From positions 5,401 to 69,400 of the forward strand of contig DASTDY010000077.1 of assembly GCA_035710125.1 (NCBI GenBank): a DNA stretch of 64,000 bases. Direction: 5' to 3'. Positions 55,798 to 62,794 of the stretch are shown here, piece by piece. The notes beneath the pieces were generated by a model. That model made no database searches and had not been told where the DNA came from. It saw only the letters and a list, made by a program, of their open reading frames with translations. The DNA is from Candidatus Saccharimonadales bacterium (GTDB lineage Bacteria; Patescibacteriota; Saccharimonadia; Saccharimonadales; EFPC-124). The position numbers were made by a program, and so were the translations under genes. Position 1 is the first letter of the stretch, and each line of letters starts with the position of its first letter.

Positions 55798-55973
55798 GGA
55801 GTGCCTCTCGGTTACATGAGTGTTGCTACTACATGTTGCGTAAGTAAGTATACAGAAATCTTAGGTTAATGCAATATTATATTATCGTTGTCAATTTATA
55901 AAACATGCAGGCGTTCTGAGGTTGTGGATGGTGTTCGTGCGCCATCCACAACCTCAGGAGTCTATTGGGGCGG

Positions 55974-56594
55974 CTACCCGCGTTTGTAAGGGCTAGGCCT
56001 GGGGATGATGACCGTGGGCGCTTCTGCACTGGCGGTACCGATAAAGGGTATGACAACAGTCTGCGCGTTCATCTCGGTTTGCGTCATCAGCGGAGTGTCG
56101 GCGCATTCCACAAACGTAGCCACGACCAGCTCCATGTTGCCCTTGAACCGCTCAATGTTTTCGTGGTCGAAGAGCAGCAACAGGTGGTTCGAAGCGTGGA
56201 CCATTCTTAGCAAGCCTTTGAACTTAGCATGTCCAAGGATCTCGCAGGCGTGGGTGTGTGCAGCTACGCCGCCCGTGTCGGTGTATGTTTTTCCCAGAAG
56301 GCTACACCAGTGTTCCGACTGCCCGTAAATAGCCAGGACATGTGTTGCGACCTGCCAGAGTTCCACTGCCCGCATGTGGACCGAGGTGTAAGGCGCGTCG
56401 CGGTCGTTGTCGCTCACTTCTCTGAGATCGAGCAACTTCCGTGCGCCGTCGACCACGCCAAGCCAACGGCCGTTTGCGCTTTTCTCTGTAGGATCCTCTC
56501 TGTTTACCCTGTCTTGGGCATATATAGCGTCGATCTGCCTCACGAAGCCTGCAAACGTTGCCTCGAACTCTTCGCGCAGTTCTTGCGGGGTCAT
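55974..56594 (-). CDS. GC-rich cassette gene M2 (upstream gene of duplicated module, copy II), paralog of 51536..52393
   Basis: TTGCAT-N17-TATACT (plus coordinates 56642-56670). Leader ACGTTAGGAAACGC-ATG. Protein block EILGHAKFKGLLRMVHASNHLLLLFD..F.GNMELVVATF. Confidence 0.6.
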   Translation of the reverse strand: MTPQELREEFEATFAGFVRQIDAIYAQDRVNREDPTEKSANGRWLGVVDGARKLLDLREVSDNDRDAPYTSVHMRAVELWQVATHVLAIYGQSEHWCSLLGKTYTDTGGVAAHTHACEILGHAKFKGLLRMVHASNHLLLLFDHENIERFKGNMELVVATFVECADTPLMTQTEMNAQTVVIPFIGTASAEAPTVIIPRPSPYKRG

Positions 56595-56679
56595 GCGTTT
56601 CCTAACGTAAAGGTCTTGCGGCCTGCATGTTTAACTAAAAAAGTATATAAAAAATGGTCACACTATGCAACGCGAGTGG

Positions 56680-57966
56680 TTAGCTGTCAATTTTTTTAAT
56701 TGCGCCAGCAAACGCTTCGCCTCTGGCTACAAAATCTTTGAATAAATTAAAGCTAGGGCTCGCACTCGACAACAGCACAGTCTTGCCAGGTGCTGTGTTG
56801 GCCGCTGCCCAGGCAACAGCATCGTCCATGTTGGTCGTTTCGTAAAAAGTTTTGTTGTGTGGGTGGGCTGCCATAAGGTCACGGATTTTTAGGCCGGTGT
56901 CTGGGAACACAACAATATTACGCACGGTAGATTCCGCCAGGAATTTTGCAATTCCGGTAAAATCTACGCCACGGTCGAACCCGCCTATTAATAGGGTGTC
57001 AACGTTATTGCCCAAGGCTTGCAGGCCTGCAATTGTGGCCTCTGGCGCGGTAGAAAACGAGTCGTTCACCCACACAACACCGCGGTGTTTGCCGAGGTTT
57101 TGCAGGCGATGGGGGAGGGGCTCGGCATTGGTGAGCGCGGCCATGGCGGTTTTATGTGGCACGCCCACAAATTCGGCCACTTTTAAGGCTGCCGCCAGGT
57201 TGCTACGGTTGTGCTCGCCGGTGAATTTGGTTTGCGAGATTTCAATTGGCAGATCATGGGCAGTGAAAGGGATTTTTGTGCCAGGGCTTTCTTTTGCAAT
57301 AAGGGCACATTCTGGAAAGGCAGCGTTGTAAAAAACACAATCGTCTTTTGTCTGGTGCTTTGCGATGTGTTTTTTGGCCTCCCAGTAGGCAATGAGTGAC
57401 CCGTGCCGGTCGAGGTGCTCTGGGAAAAAGCTCGTTACAACAGCAATGTTGGGGCTTACGCGCAGGTGTTCGAGCATGTAGCTGCTGAGTTCAATGACAA
57501 AAATCATGCCAGGTTTGGCGTCGGCAATATAGTTAATCATTGGAATGCCGATATTGCCCATAAGCCGGACATTCGGCGTGTGTGCTTTTATTGCTTCGTA
57601 AATAAGCGACGTGGTGGTGCTTTTGCCTTTGCTGCCAGTGATTCCTATAGTTTGCACGCCACTGTCTTTAATAGTGTCAAAAAAGATGCGGGTCATATCT
57701 GTTGTTTTGGCCGCGGCATCCTTTAGCTTGGGTGAATCTTTTATGCCGGAGCTGCGGATTATAATGTCGAACTCTTGTAGGCTGTCTTGGTGGTGCTCGC
57801 CAAGGAGCATCTGTGCGCCTTTTACAGGCGGAATTGTTTTGTTGCGGTCGGCAATGGTAATGTGTGCGTCGGGCGCAAAGGTTTTGAGCGCGGCAAACAT
57901 GGCCTGGCCCTCACGGCCGTAGCCTAAAATGCAGATTTTTTTGCCATTGAGCGAACGTATATTCAT
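56680..57966 (-). CDS. murD: UDP-N-acetylmuramoyl-L-alanine--glutamate ligase (MurD family)
   Basis: N-terminal Rossmann ICILGYGREG, P-loop GITGSKGKSTT, Mur ligase middle and C-terminal domains. Confidence 0.85.
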   Translation of the reverse strand: MNIRSLNGKKICILGYGREGQAMFAALKTFAPDAHITIADRNKTIPPVKGAQMLLGEHHQDSLQEFDIIIRSSGIKDSPKLKDAAAKTTDMTRIFFDTIKDSGVQTIGITGSKGKSTTTSLIYEAIKAHTPNVRLMGNIGIPMINYIADAKPGMIFVIELSSYMLEHLRVSPNIAVVTSFFPEHLDRHGSLIAYWEAKKHIAKHQTKDDCVFYNAAFPECALIAKESPGTKIPFTAHDLPIEISQTKFTGEHNRSNLAAALKVAEFVGVPHKTAMAALTNAEPLPHRLQNLGKHRGVVWVNDSFSTAPEATIAGLQALGNNVDTLLIGGFDRGVDFTGIAKFLAESTVRNIVVFPDTGLKIRDLMAAHPHNKTFYETTNMDDAVAWAAANTAPGKTVLLSSASPSFNLFKDFVARGEAFAGAIKKIDS

Positions 57967-57967
57967 G

Positions 57968-59305
57968 TTAAAGCACCTGCGAGATTAAGGTTTTTGCGAT
58001 TTCTGGCACATCTGTAAAGTCGGGTTGGAGCACTTGTTCTACGAGCTGTTCTGGGTTGTTGATTGCCGGCAGCACGTGGGTGGCAAAATCCCGCCCAATG
58101 ACGCTTTGGCTAAAGGCAGGTTTTTTAAGCGCCAAGTACATAGTTGCTTGCATTTCTTCAGGTGTGCCAACGCAGTCGAATGGTTTTATGCCTTCTGCAC
58201 CCCAGAGTTGGCGGTATTTGTGCAAAAGTTCGGGGTTGTCGAATAAGTTTTGGTTGTACATGGTAATAACAGTGTTATCGGGGAGCATGGCGGCATACAG
58301 CGCAAAAATGAAACAGCATTTGTAGCAGTGGCCACACCATGGATTAGATGCAGGTTGGGAATCTAGCAAGCGCCAGTTTTGGTTGCAGCCAGTGGTGTGG
58401 GCAAAATATTTTGGATAATTTGCAAATATGCGGGTAATCGCCAGCTCACTCAATGGGCGGAGCGGGTTAACGTACCGTACCTTTGTGGTGACGTACGATT
58501 GCAGGTAGTCGGTGATAAGCTGTTCGGCCTCGAGGCCCTTACTCCACTGGTGGTTTACCTGCATGCCTAAGTAATCTACATTGCCGTAATCGGCGCTGCG
58601 TTCGTTGCTAAACGCTACGCTGTCGAATCCGCCCAACAAACAAACTACGATACTGTAAAAAGTAATGTAGCCGGTTATAGGGATGTGGCCGTTGAGCGCA
58701 CCCTGGGCGTTAAGTTCAAAAAGCTGCGGGTCGAGTTGTCGTCCGACTGTGATAAGCGGGCGCTGTGCCACCTCGGCAAGCGTATCTATGTAGGAGTGCC
58801 CGCGCACTCTAAATAGTGTCGGCGCTGCCCCGAATTGCTGTAAAATCTCAAGCGACACAGCCGAATCTTTGCCGCCGCCAAATGGGAGTAGTGTTTTTGC
58901 GAGCGGCGCTTCTGGTGCGGACGGCAGCAGCGGGTCTTGTGCAGTGCCTACAGGGAATGCTACGAGGCCACGGAAATCTATTTTATTTTGGTAAAAGAAT
59001 TCACCCAAGCCCTTAGTGTAAAAAGTGTTCCAAAATTCGGCCTGTTGGCTGCTGAGCGTACCGCTGCGCACTTGTATTTCTTTGGGGAGCGCTGCTTTGT
59101 AGTAGCTTATGCCTCCAATGAGGTGGAGCGCAAATAATGCACGGTCTAAATCGGGTGAAATGGGTGATTGTAGGTTTAGGCTGGCGGGTAGCGGAAGGGT
59201 CTCGGTAAATGTAATGTCGTCGTCAAAGCAGTAGCGAAGCACAATGCTGTGGCTGGCAGTATCTAGGTGGTAGCTATCGTAAATAAACCGGCGGGGTGTG
59301 TGCAT
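57968..59305 (-). CDS. PP-loop-motif protein upstream of and adjoining murD (1-nt gap), candidate MurL-like epimerase
   Basis: 445-aa ORF with LLPFGGGKDSAVSLE (SGGxDS-like PP-loop) and Cys cluster CGHCYKCC. Its stop lies 1 nt from the murD start. Confidence 0.35.
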   Translation of the reverse strand: MHTPRRFIYDSYHLDTASHSIVLRYCFDDDITFTETLPLPASLNLQSPISPDLDRALFALHLIGGISYYKAALPKEIQVRSGTLSSQQAEFWNTFYTKGLGEFFYQNKIDFRGLVAFPVGTAQDPLLPSAPEAPLAKTLLPFGGGKDSAVSLEILQQFGAAPTLFRVRGHSYIDTLAEVAQRPLITVGRQLDPQLFELNAQGALNGHIPITGYITFYSIVVCLLGGFDSVAFSNERSADYGNVDYLGMQVNHQWSKGLEAEQLITDYLQSYVTTKVRYVNPLRPLSELAITRIFANYPKYFAHTTGCNQNWRLLDSQPASNPWCGHCYKCCFIFALYAAMLPDNTVITMYNQNLFDNPELLHKYRQLWGAEGIKPFDCVGTPEEMQATMYLALKKPAFSQSVIGRDFATHVLPAINNPEQLVEQVLQPDFTDVPEIAKTLISQVL

Positions 59306-59396
59306 GATTTTAGTATACCTTACGCGGGGTCAATTGTTGGACGGGCGGACTGCCCAGGCGCGTAATGGGGCGCCAAGGCAGTCCTGCGGCGTTGTC

Positions 59397-59840
59397 TCAG
59401 GTGGTTGTTGCGCGGGTGATCGTTGCCAGCCGCTCCTCGTTGAACGCGTGCTCGCACTTGGCGAGCGTCTTGGCGGAGGGAACCAGGCCAGGCCTGAAGT
59501 AGCCCTCCGGCAGATACACCATGATCCTGTTCAGCAGCGACAGTACCGGTGCCGCGTTGCCGATGGTTTGCAGGCTGCCGTCGGGGTTCTTCTTTACCTC
59601 TTCACCCAGGGCTTTCACCAGTTCTCTGTAGAAGGCCTTGGTGTCGGCGAAGTCGAGCGTCATTTCATCGAAGCAATCGGCAATCGCCGGCAGCATCATG
59701 AGCTTGACGGTCGGGAGGTCCAGCAGCCGCAACAGCGACAGGATTTCGAGCTCCTCCTCTTTGGTGAGTGTGCTGTCGAACTCCCCGACGGGAGTATCTG
59801 CGGCCTGCCGAGTTTTGTCCCCGGCGTCTGCACTAGACAA
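59397..59840 (-). CDS. GC-rich cassette gene N1, hypothetical protein
   Basis: TTG start after CAGGAG. GTGACA-N16-TATAAT upstream on the minus strand. Confidence 0.5.
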   Translation of the reverse strand: MSSADAGDKTRQAADTPVGEFDSTLTKEEELEILSLLRLLDLPTVKLMMLPAIADCFDEMTLDFADTKAFYRELVKALGEEVKKNPDGSLQTIGNAAPVLSLLNRIMVYLPEGYFRPGLVPSAKTLAKCEHAFNEERLATITRATTT

Positions 59841-59915
59841 AGCAACTCCTGTAGACTTTTGTCACCTAGGCGCCCGGTTGAAGCGCCGAATAATTATATC
59901 ATGATTTTAGTAGGT

Positions 59916-59950
59916 GTCACCCCCTGCTCAACGTGCGGGCAGGGGGTGAC
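59916..59950 (-). terminator. 12-bp perfect hairpin after cassette N2
   Basis: GTCACCCCCTGC (59916-59927) pairs with GCAGGGGGTGAC (59939-59950). Confidence 0.6.
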
Positions 59951-59997
59951 GTGTTGTCTGGGCGTGCCCTGCAGGTCGCTGCCCAAACGGTTGCAGC

Positions 59998-60393
59998 CTA
60001 GAAGACGCGTTGGTGGTAAGCCAGCATGATCTTACGAGCCGTCTCGTCCGACAGCAGGGTCGAGCCTGGAAGGGCGAGTTGGTGGCCGGCGCGCTGGTTC
60101 ACCTTGTATAGCAGGTCGTTCAGCTCCACCAGGCACGGGCCGGCCGTCACCAGCAGTGCGTTTTCGGGCAACACGTGCTCGTAGTACGAGTCGAGCAGCC
60201 GGCTCAGTTCTTCGAACGACTGGTCGCCCGGGATCTCGGGGTACTTGCAGCGCATCTCCACCAAGAGTTGGGGCTTGAGCCACGGGGTGGTGCGAAGGCA
60301 GTCCAGGATCATGCTGATCCTGGTGTGGTCGCTGGCCTCCAGGAAGTCGAGCGCGGCTACGTTTTCTGGTATGGCACTCATACTGGTACCCAT
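59998..60393 (-). CDS. GC-rich cassette gene N2, hypothetical protein
   Basis: ATG at 60393 (or 60381). TATAGT -10 upstream. The track start at 60498 runs into the AT-rich promoter. Confidence 0.5.
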   Translation of the reverse strand: MGTSMSAIPENVAALDFLEASDHTRISMILDCLRTTPWLKPQLLVEMRCKYPEIPGDQSFEELSRLLDSYYEHVLPENALLVTAGPCLVELNDLLYKVNQRAGHQLALPGSTLLSDETARKIMLAYHQRVF

Positions 60394-60552
60394 TTCACGT
60401 ATTCTGACAACAAAAACACCCCATATCGGGGCTACATAACTATACAGGGTTTTATCCGCTAAAGAAAGTTGGCAAGCAAGTGGCGGTCTGTACGCCACCC
60501 ACGCATGTGACTACATGAGTGGGTGGCGTACGGGGTGTACCGAGGGCCAGGA

Positions 60553-60933
60553 CTACAGCGCTACCAGCAGATGGAGGTCTTGGAGGCAGTTTCGCAAGGC
60601 CTTCTCACTCGGTCGCGCATGAGATGGAATCACCTTGGAGTACTTGTCGTAGGCGTCCACCAGTTCGAGCAACTGCTCCAGGCTGAGCGCGGCCATGCCG
60701 ATGCGGCTCAGATCTTGCTGGCCGTCATCGCCTTGCCTGGTGTGACTGATGATGTCGTTGATGAGCTGGTTGACCAGGGTGTTCGGGTCGACCGTGAGCG
60801 CGTGGCACATCTGCTTGGCCTTCTGCGCAATCAGCCATAGCCGGAATCCCTGTACTTGCAGGTACGGCAGGAATGCCCTGATTTGCTGCATGTCTTCATC
60901 AGTCAGGTTGGTGGCGAAAGAGCTCTTTCCCAT
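60553..60933 (-). CDS. GC-rich cassette gene N3, hypothetical protein
   Basis: ATG at 60933. TTGATT-N16-AATAAT upstream on the minus strand, divergent from the prfB promoter. Confidence 0.5.
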   Translation of the reverse strand: MGKSSFATNLTDEDMQQIRAFLPYLQVQGFRLWLIAQKAKQMCHALTVDPNTLVNQLINDIISHTRQGDDGQQDLSRIGMAALSLEQLLELVDAYDKYSKVIPSHARPSEKALRNCLQDLHLLVAL

Positions 60934-61011
60934 GGGTGTCTCACTTTGCTTGCCGGATACTGCGCGGGTGCGCAGACCCATTATTACACCTGGTGCGCTA
61001 TAATCAAACCA

Positions 61012-62082
61012 ATGCATGAATTAGTTAAAGAATTAACAAAGCTACAGCACAATGTAGAGGCCGGCCTGCAAAAGCTAGGCTATAAAGACTTGCTGGATGA
61101 GTCCGCAGCCATAGATTCTAAAATGGCCGAGCCAGATTTTTGGCAACACGCCAAAGATGCACAGGCAGTCGCGAAGCGCCAGGCAAAAATTAAGGCTCTT
61201 ATTGAGCCATGGCTTAGTTTGCAGACAGAGCTACATGAGGCGCTGGAACTCGCTAAAGAAAGTGACCCCGCGTTACTCACCGAACTTTCTGCGCAGGCGG
61301 CCGAGCTAGGTGAGGTGTTCCGATCGCTTAAGCAGAACTTATTATTTAACGGCCGTTACGACGGCTACGATGCCATTGTTCGTTTAAGTGCCGGCGTTGG
61401 CGGCACTGACGCACAAGATTGGGCGCAGATGTTGCTGCGTATGTACACTCGGTGGGCAGAGCGCGCTGGCATGAAAGTTGAGTTATTAGAAGAATCTCCG
61501 GGCGAAGAAGCCGGCCTTAAAAGCGCCACCTTGGCAATAAGCGGGCCGTTCGCGTATGGCAAATTGCGCAGCGAACACGGCGTGCACCGTCTGGTGCGAT
61601 TGAGCCCGTTTAACGCTGACAATCTGCGCCAAACTAGCTTTGCGCTTGTAGAGGTGCTGCCACAAATCGACCAGCCTGACCAAGTAGCCATAGACGACAA
61701 AGACCTCCGCATTGATGTATTCAGGTCTGGCGGAAACGGCGGCCAAAGCGTGAACACTACCGACAGCGCCGTGCGGATAACCCATGTGCCAACTGGTATT
61801 GTGGTGAGTATCCAAAACGAGCGCAGCCAGCTGCAAAACAAAGAAACCGCCATGAAGGTATTACGGTCTAAATTGGCGCAATTGCAGCTAGAGCAGCACA
61901 AAGAAAAGTTGGCTGACCTTAAGGCTACAAAATCTGCTGATTGGGGCAGCCAAATTCGTAACTATGTACTGCACCCGTACACATTAGTAAAAGATACCCG
62001 CACCGGCCACGAAACGCATGATGCCCAAGGGGTGCTCGACGGCGCAATTGACCCATTCGTAGAGGCATTCCTCGCAAAATAG
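61012..62082 (+). CDS. prfB: peptide chain release factor 2, single in-frame ORF
   Basis: GGQ block [24 protein letters not shown] and RF2-type SPF region RLSPFNADNLRQTSF. ATG at 61012, only 8 nt after TATAAT (60998-61003). Confidence 0.95.
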   Translation: MHELVKELTKLQHNVEAGLQKLGYKDLLDESAAIDSKMAEPDFWQHAKDAQAVAKRQAKIKALIEPWLSLQTELHEALELAKESDPALLTELSAQAAELGEVFRSLKQNLLFNGRYDGYDAIVRLSAGVGGTDAQDWAQMLLRMYTRWAERAGMKVELLEESPGEEAGLKSATLAISGPFAYGKLRSEHGVHRLVRLSPFNADNLRQTSFALVEVLPQIDQPDQVAIDDKDLRIDVFRSGGNGGQSVNTTDSAVRITHVPTGIVVSIQNERSQLQNKETAMKVLRSKLAQLQLEQHKEKLADLKATKSADWGSQIRNYVLHPYTLVKDTRTGHETHDAQGVLDGAIDPFVEAFLAK

Positions 62083-62085
62083 TTT

Positions 62086-62112
62086 AAAAAAATAGCCATA
62101 GTTAATGTGGCT
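62086..62112 (-). terminator. minus-strand intrinsic terminator
   Basis: On the minus strand, TAGCCA-loop-TGGCTA is followed by TTTTTTT. On the plus strand no T tract follows. Confidence 0.55.
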
Positions 62113-62149
62113 AACCACGGACGAATTTAGTAGAATTAATTATAGAAAG

Positions 62150-62750
62150 ATACTCCGCTGTCTGCGCGCGAGTGTTGCGAGAGCGGTTAGTGCCCACAGC
62201 GGTGGACGCTGATCGAACACTCATGCACGGTGTGCGGACGTGGCCGAATTTTGGCCGTTATCTTTCTAGCCCCTCCCGCGCAGTTGATCGGAAGGAATGC
62301 TCGTGGTGATTGTCGCACTGGCCGGTGCACCGGCCAACACCCCGCCGCAGTTACACCGCCCGCCTGACGCGGACGAGACCGCGGTCGGGTCGCACCTGCG
62401 AGGCAGACGCTGTGCCATCAGAGGCAGTGGTTGCTTCTCCACGACATCCCCCGGCGAAGACCCGGGGCAGGGCAACTCGCCCTCCTGGGCGGCCTGAACT
62501 GCAGGCGACGAACGGCCCTACAAGCTGTTTGATCTCCTGCTGCACGTGACCCCTACCCGTAGAGGAAGTGGTGATTACATAATGGGAACCTAGGACCGCT
62601 ACCAGTGAAGCATCCGACAAGGGTGAACGGTGGCGTGGACTCCCGCCGTAATCCCCTACAACTGAATCAGGGGAAGGTGCGCGCCTGCACGAGGCGCACC
62701 TGAAGGGAGATGGTGGCAAGCTACGCGCCACCATCTCCCTCTCCACACTT
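62150..62750 (-). other. GC-rich about 0.6-kb element without a credible ORF (structured RNA or decayed cassette)
   Basis: Dense perfect hairpins: 13-bp GGGAGATGGTGGC with GCCACCATCTCCC, 8-bp AGGTGCGC with GCGCACCT, GGCCGG-TGCA-CCGGCC. Only Arg/Ser/Pro/Gly-rich ORFs. Minus-strand TATAAT at 62758-62763 and minus-strand terminator at 62086-62112. Confidence 0.4.
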
Positions 62751-62794
62751 TGCTATAATTATATAGGCATTATCTTACACAAATAGAGGCAATC

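Noticed and set aside
6558-60933. Idea that the GC-rich units are integron gene cassettes with attC hairpins
   Set aside because: The units are scattered rather than arrayed next to an integrase/attI. Each has its own promoter. The hairpins lack the RYYYAAC/GTTRRRY core sites.
61012-61090. Programmed +1 frameshift site in prfB
   Set aside because: The reading frame is continuous, with no in-frame UGA or CUU UGA motif.
62351-62746. 131-aa minus-strand ORF in the GC-rich element, preceded by GGAGAGGGAG
   Set aside because: The product is Arg/Ser/Pro/Gly-rich with no protein-like features. Its SD and start are sequestered in a 13-bp hairpin. It is treated as non-coding, though a small protein cannot be fully excluded.
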